53,649 nt of DNA. It comes from Planctomycetota bacterium (GTDB lineage: Bacteria; Planctomycetota; SZUA-567; H5-PLA8). The notes below the pieces were generated by a model. The model made no database searches. It worked only from the letters and a program-made list of their open reading frames with translations, and was not told the DNA's origin. A program made the position numbers and the translations under genes. How positions within the stretch are numbered: position 1 is the first letter of the stretch; each line of letters opens with the position of its first letter. The stretch lies in NCBI GenBank assembly GCA_045863855.1, contig BTVV01000035.1:1-53649 (forward strand), read 5' to 3'. This document shows, piece by piece, positions 27,010 through 35,371 of this stretch.

Positions 27010-29872
27010 GCGTACGCTTCTTGGATTCGGCCTCCTGATGCTTGGGCTGGCGAACCTCGCGGCTGCCGGCGAGGCGAAGGCCGGCGCTTGGATGGAGGGT
27101 TGGCTGCTCCGAGCGCCGCTCGAAACGCCCGAGCCCTCCGCCTCGTACTCGGTGATCCTCGAGCACGGTGGAGCGCTTCAACCCGACGCCCGTGACCTGC
27201 GCGTCGTAGACGGCGACGGTGCGCCCGTCAGCCATTTCGTGGCGCATGCCGACGATCGTACCCTGCGCGTCATCTTCGATGGCGCTGCTCGATCGAAAGC
27301 GTATGCGCTTTACTGGGGCAACCCCGATCCCAATCTCGCGCCGGCTCCGCAAGGAGTCGTTCCTTTTGGGCGGCCCGACTGGATGCCCTTGGGCGGCTAC
27401 AGCGCTCGGAGTTTCAGCACCGCCGGACCGTTTAGTCGCCTGGAAATGCTGCACTTGAAGCCGCTCCTTGAAACCTTCGAACGTATCCGTGAGCGTTCTC
27501 GCGCGGCCGAAGACGAACAGGCGCAAAAGCAGCCCGACCCCAAGAAGCGCCAGCCGTTTCGCGCCGAAAATTTCTATCCGAACACCAGCGTTCCCTTCGG
27601 AACCCCAGCCCAGTGGTTTCATCATTTCCGGGCCGAAATCGAGATTAAAACCGCCGGCAAGTATCGCTTCGTGGTGGGCGACGAGAATTTCAGCCACCAA
27701 TACTTCAACCTGCTCCTGCTGGACGAGAACCGCGAAAGCGCTGCGATACCGGGATGGTATACCGAGGCTTACGGCGGAACCTGCTACGACCTCTCCGGAG
27801 AAGTGGAGTTGAAACCCGGCGTGCATGTCCTGGAATTGCTGACCAACCGCGACTCACCGCGTTTGCGGATGGGCAACCTGAGCACCGGAAGTCTGCCGGA
27901 ATTTCTTAACGGAATGCAGGCGCATTTCCGGGATGCCGCGCCGGTCACGCCAGGGCCGGTCGAGGCCTCCGGGCAGGCAGTTGAGCGCGCCTGGGTCGCC
28001 ATCGCAAATGCGTGGATCGAGCAAGGACGCCACGAGAGGGCCCGGGCGCTCTGCCGGTTTGCCGAATTGGCGCTTCACGCGCAGCCGGAATGGACTCAGC
28101 AATTTAGGGCGGTCTCCGAACGAGCAGCGGCCGCCGCATACGACCGCGATTGGCTCACCGAAAGCAAAGGGCCCGACCGCGCCGGCTACGTACCAGGTTC
28201 GGCCTTTCAGCCGCCCCTTAAGTGGGTACAGCCTCCAACGAACGAACCCTTTAACCTTGGCGGTGCGGTTTGGGCGCGCGGCAAGCTCTGGAATGCGTTT
28301 CCGTTTCAACCGCAGGACAAGCCTTGGAACCTCACCAGCGCGCTCTGTTTGCACGACGGCATCCTGTACGGGAGCACCAAGAACGGCGCTGTACATGCGT
28401 TGGACCTCGAGCGCGAACGCACCCGCTGGTCTTTTCCCGCAGGCGGCGCATGCGTCGGCGCGCCGCTGGTTTACCGCAACCGGCTTTACCTGGGCAGCCT
28501 CGATCGCCGCGTTTATGCGCTCGACTTGGCCACCGGACGCATGGCCTGGAATTACCCCGCTAACGGGTGGATCGAAGGCGGTCCTTGCGCGGCCAACGGG
28601 CGCATCGTCGTCGCCAGTCAGGATGGATGTGCCTACGCGCTCGACGCCGAGTCGGGCGTCGAACGCTGGCGGGCCAAACTCGGTGCCGAATCCTCCGCCA
28701 CCCCTTCCACCGACGGGCGCACCGTGTTTCTGGGCAATCACGCCGGAACTTTCTTCGCTCTGGATCTCGAGACCGGTGCCGAACGCTGGCGCTACTCTGC
28801 CCAATCTCCTATTCGCGGAGGCTCCTGTCTGGCCGAAGGCTGCGTCTATTTCGGCGACGATGCCGGCATGATTCACGCGCTCCGCTCGGACACCGGCGCC
28901 GCCGCGTGGCCGCAAGCCACCCCCGTCGGCGGCCCCGTCCACGCCGCGCCCATTCGCGTCGGCTCCATATTGTATGGAGGAACGATGGAAGGAGACCTGT
29001 ACGGCATCGACGCGGCCACCGGATCGCGCGGTTGGACCGCTCGCATGCCTCTCACCCACGGCTCCCAAAAGCCGGGCGCCGTCGCGCGCCCGGCCGCCTA
29101 CGCCGAAGGTCGTTTGATCTTCATGAACCGCCGCAGGACGGGTGGTGGCGGCGTCACCGTGATCTACGGAGCCGGTCACGCCGGCCCTCTGCAGATCCCG
29201 CGCTCCGATGCTTCCGCCAAGGCCGATGGCGTCCTCGACGAACCGCTCTGGCAGCGCGCGGCAGCGCTTCCGCTTTACCGTAGCAACGGCATGGCCGGCG
29301 ACGACGAACTCGAAGCCCGGGTCACCTGGGACGCCGAACGACTATACGTCGGCTTGGTTCGCCGAGTGCTTCCCGGCAAGTCTGCGCCGGTCGAAGGCGC
29401 GCGCATTTCGGTATACCTCGATCCGCGCCGCAACGGAGCCGCCGTATGCCGCTTTACCTTGGCATTTCCAATGAATCTGGAGCAGGAAATACGAACCGTC
29501 GTCGAAGCCGGCGGCCAAGCCGAGCGCATAGCCAAGGAAGTGGAAGCTTGGAAGCTCAAGGACCGCGACCCCGAGTTTAAGCCCGAATGGTCGGCTGCTT
29601 CCGGTGCGCAAGCGCCGGCCTTCGAAAGCCCCAGCCCCGCGGCTCCCGGCGAAGTGCGCTGGACCGCCGAGCTAGCCATCCCATTCGCCGCTCTGCCCAA
29701 AGCCCTTACAGGGCCGCCCGCGAATGGGACCACCTGGCTCGCCCAAGTTGTGATCTCGGCGCCGCCCGGCGAGGACGCGAAGCCTTGGGCCGCAACGCCG
29801 ACCGCCGAGGATACCGTGGCCGGCCGCTCGAACTGGATACCCCTTCAATTCATGAACGAAATCAAAAAATAA
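27002..29872 (+). CDS. Secreted DUF2341-like + PQQ-like beta-propeller + CBM9/DOMON-like protein
   Basis: ATG 27002 overlaps previous gene; signal peptide. QPDARDLRVVD...YALYWGNP (DUF2341-like); ~7 BamB/PQQ blades (VHALD, VYALDLATG..AW, YALDAESG.ERW, FALDLETG.ERW); ADGVLDEPLW...WDAERLYV...WTAELAIPF..L (CBM9-like). Confidence 0.8.
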   Translation: MIKRTLLGFGLLMLGLANLAAAGEAKAGAWMEGWLLRAPLETPEPSASYSVILEHGGALQPDARDLRVVDGDGAPVSHFVAHADDRTLRVIFDGAARSKAYALYWGNPDPNLAPAPQGVVPFGRPDWMPLGGYSARSFSTAGPFSRLEMLHLKPLLETFERIRERSRAAEDEQAQKQPDPKKRQPFRAENFYPNTSVPFGTPAQWFHHFRAEIEIKTAGKYRFVVGDENFSHQYFNLLLLDENRESAAIPGWYTEAYGGTCYDLSGEVELKPGVHVLELLTNRDSPRLRMGNLSTGSLPEFLNGMQAHFRDAAPVTPGPVEASGQAVERAWVAIANAWIEQGRHERARALCRFAELALHAQPEWTQQFRAVSERAAAAAYDRDWLTESKGPDRAGYVPGSAFQPPLKWVQPPTNEPFNLGGAVWARGKLWNAFPFQPQDKPWNLTSALCLHDGILYGSTKNGAVHALDLERERTRWSFPAGGACVGAPLVYRNRLYLGSLDRRVYALDLATGRMAWNYPANGWIEGGPCAANGRIVVASQDGCAYALDAESGVERWRAKLGAESSATPSTDGRTVFLGNHAGTFFALDLETGAERWRYSAQSPIRGGSCLAEGCVYFGDDAGMIHALRSDTGAAAWPQATPVGGPVHAAPIRVGSILYGGTMEGDLYGIDAATGSRGWTARMPLTHGSQKPGAVARPAAYAEGRLIFMNRRRTGGGGVTVIYGAGHAGPLQIPRSDASAKADGVLDEPLWQRAAALPLYRSNGMAGDDELEARVTWDAERLYVGLVRRVLPGKSAPVEGARISVYLDPRRNGAAVCRFTLAFPMNLEQEIRTVVEAGGQAERIAKEVEAWKLKDRDPEFKPEWSAASGAQAPAFESPSPAAPGEVRWTAELAIPFAALPKALTGPPANGTTWLAQVVISAPPGEDAKPWAATPTAEDTVAGRSNWIPLQFMNEIKK

Positions 29873-29886
29873 AGGCACGGGCATTC

Positions 29887-31332
29887 ATGCTCCAGCAAGT
29901 CAAACCCATTTGTGCCCTACTGCTCCTCTGGTGTTCGCTGTCGGTTGCCGTCGAAGACGCCAAACTCAGCGACGCCGAGCGTGTACTGGCCGTCACCAAG
30001 CCACTGGAGCATCCACGCGGCAAACGCCCGCCGCTGATCCTCTGGACGCCCAACTTCCCGCCGCAAGCCAGCGACGATGAACTCGAACGCATCCTAAAGG
30101 AACTCAACACACGCGGCATCGCCTTCCTCACGCGTTGGCAGCATGGAAAATTTGAGCAACACGCCCCCTATGCCATACGCATCGCTCAATTGCAGAAGAA
30201 ATTGGGCATAGAAATTGTGATAGACGGAACCGGTATTGCGCATGGCTTCTACGATGGCACGCCACCAACCGGGCACGTGAGTGCGGACGGAAAGCCTTTC
30301 TTCGATTCGTCCTTCTTCTGGCGGCCGGGCTGCCCGTTTGCCGTCCAATCCCGCTATGCCCCCATGCGCGAACGGACGGAGGCCTACCTGAAGGCCTACG
30401 CCGATGCCGGCGTGCCGGTCGATTACTGGCTCGCCGATTGGGAATTCGACGGCCCCGAAGAATGGAACGAAGGCTGGGCCGCCGCGCAGCGCTGTACCCG
30501 GTGCTTGGAAAAGATTCCGGATTTAGCGAAGAATTTCGAAGCCTTCGCCAAAGCCGTGCGTGCCGTCCGATCCGAAATGCAGCGCGAAGCGTTCACCGCG
30601 CCGATCTTGAAGCAGTTCCCTGCTGCCCGCGTCGGAAATTACGCTATCGCGCCCCACGACGGCCACCGCTACTGGTGGGACTTCTTCGAACAGCGCAAGG
30701 AAGGACTACCCTACGTCCGCGAGCACAAAGCACTGTATCGTCCGTGGGCCGATGAATTCACGCCTTCCGGATACACCTGTGCCATGCCGGTCCTCTACAC
30801 CTGGTATCATTATGCAGCCGATTACGAATTCAAAAACGCCCAGTACCGCTGGTTCTATCCCCTGCTGAAGGAAGCTACGTCCACCGCGCGCCATACCCCC
30901 AAGCAGGTTCCTTCTCTGGCTTTTGTCCATTGGACGACCACCAACCCGCCGAAGGAAGGTTTGCCGCAAGGTTTCGAACCCATGTCGCGCGCGATGTATC
31001 AGGAATTCCTCTGGCACGCGCTTCTGCGCGGACACGACGGTTTCGCCATGTGGTGCCCCGCGAACGAACTGGAGGCCGAAGTTCCTGCCGTGCACGAAGT
31101 CTACGCCCAAGCACAGGCCTTTGCGGAGTTTCTCGAGCAGGGCGAGCCAGTGCTATGGGATGTGCCTGCGGAACCAAGCAGCGTAATTTCTGCGCTCAAA
31201 TGGAATAATAAATACCTGGTGCGCCGAACGGATTTCGAACCGAATCCCCAGGCCGTACGCATCGAAATTGAGGGTAAAGCCGTCAGCGTTCCCCCCTCGG
31301 AAGGAAAGTGCCAGATTATCGGAGCGCCTTGA
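29887..31332 (+). CDS. Secreted hypothetical protein (possible TIM barrel)
   Basis: ATG 14 bp after the previous stop; signal-like N-terminus; aromatic-rich sequence with ADWEFDGP and C..C. Last gene of the operon. Confidence 0.65.
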   Translation: MLQQVKPICALLLLWCSLSVAVEDAKLSDAERVLAVTKPLEHPRGKRPPLILWTPNFPPQASDDELERILKELNTRGIAFLTRWQHGKFEQHAPYAIRIAQLQKKLGIEIVIDGTGIAHGFYDGTPPTGHVSADGKPFFDSSFFWRPGCPFAVQSRYAPMRERTEAYLKAYADAGVPVDYWLADWEFDGPEEWNEGWAAAQRCTRCLEKIPDLAKNFEAFAKAVRAVRSEMQREAFTAPILKQFPAARVGNYAIAPHDGHRYWWDFFEQRKEGLPYVREHKALYRPWADEFTPSGYTCAMPVLYTWYHYAADYEFKNAQYRWFYPLLKEATSTARHTPKQVPSLAFVHWTTTNPPKEGLPQGFEPMSRAMYQEFLWHALLRGHDGFAMWCPANELEAEVPAVHEVYAQAQAFAEFLEQGEPVLWDVPAEPSSVISALKWNNKYLVRRTDFEPNPQAVRIEIEGKAVSVPPSEGKCQIIGAP

Positions 31333-31333
31333 G

Positions 31334-32071
31334 TCAGCGGTTTAAAACCAGCTCCGCGTCTTCCAGCACATAAACGCCCGCCAATTGCCCATGTCGGATC
31401 AAAGGATCGATCCGTAGCGTTCCGCGCACCGTGACCGCATTCACGATCCCCGGCATCAGCAATCCCGCCTGCGCGCTGCGAACTTCGACTACTTCAAAGA
31501 TATTCGTCGGCGGAAGCAGGCAGCAGTCGTCCAGCACCGAGCGGTTCAGGATGAACTCATGCCGCGCCGCCGAACTCTCGGCTACCACCGTATATCCACG
31601 CAATTCCACCGCCATATCCTTCAGAAATGCCAAGCGCGCCGGAAACGCAAGCGTTCCGTCGCCCGGCTTTGCCGTCTCCAGTGCCGAAACGAATAAGTCC
31701 CACGTCACGCGGTATGGATCCTCCCGCGTTCCGGATCCGCGAAGTTCGTAGAAATCGTCGAGCACCAGCATGCCGTCGGGCTTGCGCAAAATGCGAGGGC
31801 CGGATTCGCGCACCACTTCGCCCTGCAAGGGTGCTCGAATTTTGGGCGTTTCGTGCGAGGTCATGGCTTCCTTTGGAATGGCAGGCTTGGCCTGAATTTC
31901 CGGAACCTTCGACGGCCGGATCGGTTTCTCCCGCGCCCGATCGAGCAGCGCGTCGGGCAACAGAGGCGCCGGTTCGGACGAACGCATCGAGAAACCCGCC
32001 GGCGGACGCAGCGCCACCGCATACGCGGTGCTCGCGAAAAGCAGCAGAAGCGAGATCCAGAACGCTTTCAT
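31334..32071 (-). CDS. DUF3299-like exported protein
   Basis: Signal peptide; VTWDL, V.LRGY.V, EFIL, CC..PP, V.VRGTL..., VY.L; follows the ABC permease. Confidence 0.65.
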   Translation of the reverse strand: MKAFWISLLLLFASTAYAVALRPPAGFSMRSSEPAPLLPDALLDRAREKPIRPSKVPEIQAKPAIPKEAMTSHETPKIRAPLQGEVVRESGPRILRKPDGMLVLDDFYELRGSGTREDPYRVTWDLFVSALETAKPGDGTLAFPARLAFLKDMAVELRGYTVVAESSAARHEFILNRSVLDDCCLLPPTNIFEVVEVRSAQAGLLMPGIVNAVTVRGTLRIDPLIRHGQLAGVYVLEDAELVLNR

Positions 32072-32075
32072 GCGC

Positions 32076-33374
32076 TTAACCCAGCGGATGCAATTGTTTG
32101 ACCACCGGTGTCCGGTAGGCCGCCAGGGCCGGCGCCAAGCCCGCGAATAAGGCCAGCAAAACGGTCCCTGAAATCACAAGCAGCGTGGATGAGTCGAACA
32201 GCGTTGCCTCTACTGCCAATCCCAAGCGTTCGCGTAATGCGTTCGAGGCCAGCCAGCTCCCAGCCGCCGCGAATGCCGTGCCCAGTAGCGCGCCGCACAG
32301 TCCCAGCAGCGCCGATTCCGTCAGGACCATCGCGCACAGCCGCAGGCCGCTGCAACCCAGCACGCGCAGCACCGCCAGTTGCCGCCGCCGTTGAGCCATC
32401 GAATGGTACAGCGAGAGCAATATCGAAACGGTGCTCGAAAGCAGAACCGCCACCGCCAGCGCCAGCAGCACTCGGTCCACGTGCCCCACGATCTCCCAAA
32501 GCTGCGCGATCTCCTGCTCCGGCGCCGCCACCGTCACGTCGCCGCGCGCGCGCAAGGCCCCGTATACCTGCGGCAGCAGCGCCGACTGCTCCGCGCCTTC
32601 CCGTGTCGGTAAGCGCCAGTAAATGCTTGTAATTTTGCGGTCCACTTCATCGACTTCGCCCTCCGTCGTGGGCGACAGTTCGCTCAAACTTCCGCCTTCC
32701 GAGAGCAGAGCGCGCTTGCGCCGTTCGTGCGCGTGCACGATCCAGCTCGCCTGCAGTGTGGTGAACAGCGCGCGGTCCTGCGGTCCGCCCGTCTGACTCA
32801 GCACTCCAACGACTTCGAACTCGAAGCCCGCATGCGTGCCGTCTGCGGTGGCATTCGGCGTACGCAGCCCGTGATCTAAAAGAATTCGGTCCCCCACCGC
32901 CAAGCCCGTATCCCGCGCCGCGCGCGCGCCCAGCACCACCTCGAATGGCTGTTCGAAGAATTTCCCGGCTTTCAGTTCCCACGGGATCTGCGGTCCCGGC
33001 TGGAAGCGTTTGAAGAAATCGTGCGTCGTCGCGAGCACCGGATGCCCGCGGTAGCTGTCGCCCAGTTGCACCGGGATCGCGAATTCGTGCGGAAAGGTTT
33101 CGATTAATTCACGGTACTGCGGCCAAGTCAACGCACGAGCCGGCGCGCCGGCCAGGAAGATTCCGTTCAGCACCGAGACCAGCGGGCTCGCGTCGCGGCT
33201 CACCAGCAGGTGCATCGTTCCCGGCCCGCGTTCGAACGCCCGCCGTCCGGCTTCGCGCAACTGCGCCAGCGTCAGCAACAACCCCGCTGCCACGGCCACC
33301 GAAAGCACCGTTACGCCCGCCGAATAGCGCCGCGATCGCAGGCTCTGCCGCACGAACGAGAAATCGGTCATCAT
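32076..33374 (-). CDS. ABC transporter permease, MacB/FtsX family
   Basis: N-terminal TM, IPVQLGDSYRGHPVLAT, FEVVGVL..TG.P.DR, C-terminal RRRQLAVLRVLG...ESALL...LAPAL.AYR. Confidence 0.92.
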   Translation of the reverse strand: MMTDFSFVRQSLRSRRYSAGVTVLSVAVAAGLLLTLAQLREAGRRAFERGPGTMHLLVSRDASPLVSVLNGIFLAGAPARALTWPQYRELIETFPHEFAIPVQLGDSYRGHPVLATTHDFFKRFQPGPQIPWELKAGKFFEQPFEVVLGARAARDTGLAVGDRILLDHGLRTPNATADGTHAGFEFEVVGVLSQTGGPQDRALFTTLQASWIVHAHERRKRALLSEGGSLSELSPTTEGEVDEVDRKITSIYWRLPTREGAEQSALLPQVYGALRARGDVTVAAPEQEIAQLWEIVGHVDRVLLALAVAVLLSSTVSILLSLYHSMAQRRRQLAVLRVLGCSGLRLCAMVLTESALLGLCGALLGTAFAAAGSWLASNALRERLGLAVEATLFDSSTLLVISGTVLLALFAGLAPALAAYRTPVVKQLHPLG

Positions 33375-34066
33375 GGCGCGGCCGCTCCCTCGGGCTGCTC
33401 GGAAGCTTCGCTAAGCGTAAGTTCCCGGTCGAAGCGCGCCGCCAGCGCCGCGTCGTGGCTCACCACCAGCAAGGCCGCCCCGTGCGCGCGGCACGCGCCC
33501 TGCAACAGCGCCATTGCCGCATCCCGCGCAGCAGGATCCAGGCTCGCCGTCGGCTCGTCGGCCAGCACCAGCGCAGGCTCGCACGCCAGCGCCCGCGCCA
33601 CCGCCACGCGCTGCTGCTGTCCGACGCTCAATTCCTCCACCGGCGCTTCCGGCGCGTCGATTCCCAACTCGCGTAGCAGCCGCTCGGCTCTCGCGCGATG
33701 CTCCGCGCCCGGCACGTTTGAAAACATCAGCGCCGCCATTACGTTTTGAAGCGCCGAAAATCCGGGTAATAAGTGGAAAGTTTGAAAGACCATTCCGATG
33801 CGCTGGCCGCGGAAGCGATCGCGGTGCGCGCCGCGCAGCGCGTGGATCTCTTCGCCGTGCACCAGCACGCGCCCTTGCTGCGGATCCAGCAACCCGGCTA
33901 TCAAATACAGCAGCGTGCTTTTGCCCTGCCCCGACGGTCCCGCCAGCAGCGCTTGCTCGCCCGCGCTCAGCTCCAGCGCGCGCACGCGAACCGTCCACGG
34001 GCCGTTGCCGTCCGGCTTGTAGCGGAATCCGAGATCGCGAATTTGCAGCGCTGAGGTGGATGCCAT
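33371..34066 (-). CDS. ABC transporter ATP-binding protein (LolD/MacB type)
   Basis: GPSGQGKST, IGMVFQTFHL, LSVGQQQRVAVARAL, LADEPT, VVSHD. Confidence 0.95.
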   Translation of the reverse strand: MASTSALQIRDLGFRYKPDGNGPWTVRVRALELSAGEQALLAGPSGQGKSTLLYLIAGLLDPQQGRVLVHGEEIHALRGAHRDRFRGQRIGMVFQTFHLLPGFSALQNVMAALMFSNVPGAEHRARAERLLRELGIDAPEAPVEELSVGQQQRVAVARALACEPALVLADEPTASLDPAARDAAMALLQGACRAHGAALLVVSHDAALAARFDRELTLSEASEQPEGAAAP

Positions 34067-34094
34067 GCACGGGCAATTCTATGCGCCCGGGCCT

Positions 34095-35291
34095 TCAAGG
34101 CCAGCGCGGGAGTTCCCTCGGTAACGGCGCGTCCTTGCGGTATCCCAGCGCGTAACCGGCCTGCACGAGTTGGTGAATCTCCTTCGTGCCTTCGTAGATC
34201 ACCGCGCCGCGCGAATTGCGCCAATAGCGTTCCACCGGAAACTCGTTGCTGTACCCGTACGCTCCGTGAATTTCGATCGCGTGGTCGGCGCACTGCTGCG
34301 AATTCACCGTGTTCGTCCACTTCGCCATCGAAACCTCGCGAGTGCAGCGCTGCCCTTGATTCTTCATCCAGCCGCAGCGCCGCACCAGCAGATCGCCCAC
34401 GTCGATCGACTGGACCATGTACGCGATCATCTGCTGCACGAGCTGATGCTTGCCGATCACTTTCCCGCCGGCCGAGCGTTCGTTCGCGTACTTGGTCGAC
34501 GCATCGAGGCACGCCTTCATCAGGCCCACGCAGCCCGCCGCCACCGTGTATCGCCCGTTGTCCAACGCGCTCATCGCGACCTTAAAACCGTTCCCCTCGC
34601 CGCCCAGCACGCGGTCCGCGGGGATCTCGACGTCCTTAAACGCCACGCCGCCCGTCGCGCCCGCGCGCACGCCCAGCTTTCCTTTCAGGTCGTACGGCTC
34701 GACGCCCTTCCACGCCCGGTCGACCAGAAACGCTGTGATCCCATGCGAATCGCTCGCCGCCTGCTTCGCGCGGTCGGTATACGCCATCACCAGGTACACG
34801 TCCGCGATCGTCGAAAGGCTGATCCAGATCTTCTCGCCGTTCAGGATATAGCGGTCGCCCTTGCGTTCGGCGAAACACTGCAAGCCTGCCGGATCGCTTC
34901 CGCACGCCGGTTCGGTGAGGCAGAAGGTGCCGATCCGCTCGCCGCGCGCCAGCGGAATCAGGTGCGCCTTCTTCTGCTCTTCGGTGCCCCATTGATACAC
35001 CGCCAGCGAATGCAACCCGTTATGCACCGATAAAATCACGCGCGCCGACGTATCGACGTACTCCATCGCCTCGCTCAATATGCCCAGCGCGTGGTAGTCG
35101 AGCCCCAACCCGCCGTACGCTTCCGGTATGCAGATCCCCAGGAAGCCTTCTTGGCCCATCTTGCGGTAAATCGCCGGATCGGGCTTCGCCTGTTCGTCGC
35201 GCTCGCGCAAGCCCGGCTCGACTTCGCGCTTCGCGAAATCCAGCGCCCCGCGCCGCAACTCTTCATGCTCCGACGTATACGTAAGATCCAT
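34095..35291 (-). CDS. Acyl-CoA dehydrogenase
   Basis: IPEAYGGLG, FCLTEP..GSD, LNGEKIWIS, GK.IG..QLVQ, IHGAYGY, IYEGT. RBS AAGGAG. Confidence 0.96.
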   Translation of the reverse strand: MDLTYTSEHEELRRGALDFAKREVEPGLRERDEQAKPDPAIYRKMGQEGFLGICIPEAYGGLGLDYHALGILSEAMEYVDTSARVILSVHNGLHSLAVYQWGTEEQKKAHLIPLARGERIGTFCLTEPACGSDPAGLQCFAERKGDRYILNGEKIWISLSTIADVYLVMAYTDRAKQAASDSHGITAFLVDRAWKGVEPYDLKGKLGVRAGATGGVAFKDVEIPADRVLGGEGNGFKVAMSALDNGRYTVAAGCVGLMKACLDASTKYANERSAGGKVIGKHQLVQQMIAYMVQSIDVGDLLVRRCGWMKNQGQRCTREVSMAKWTNTVNSQQCADHAIEIHGAYGYSNEFPVERYWRNSRGAVIYEGTKEIHQLVQAGYALGYRKDAPLPRELPRWP

Positions 35292-35371
35292 GCGCGAATG
35301 CTCCTTAGATCGATCAATGAAAATCGAAAATCTACCGCCTCAGATTAGCAGAAATTCAAAATCCAAATCGC

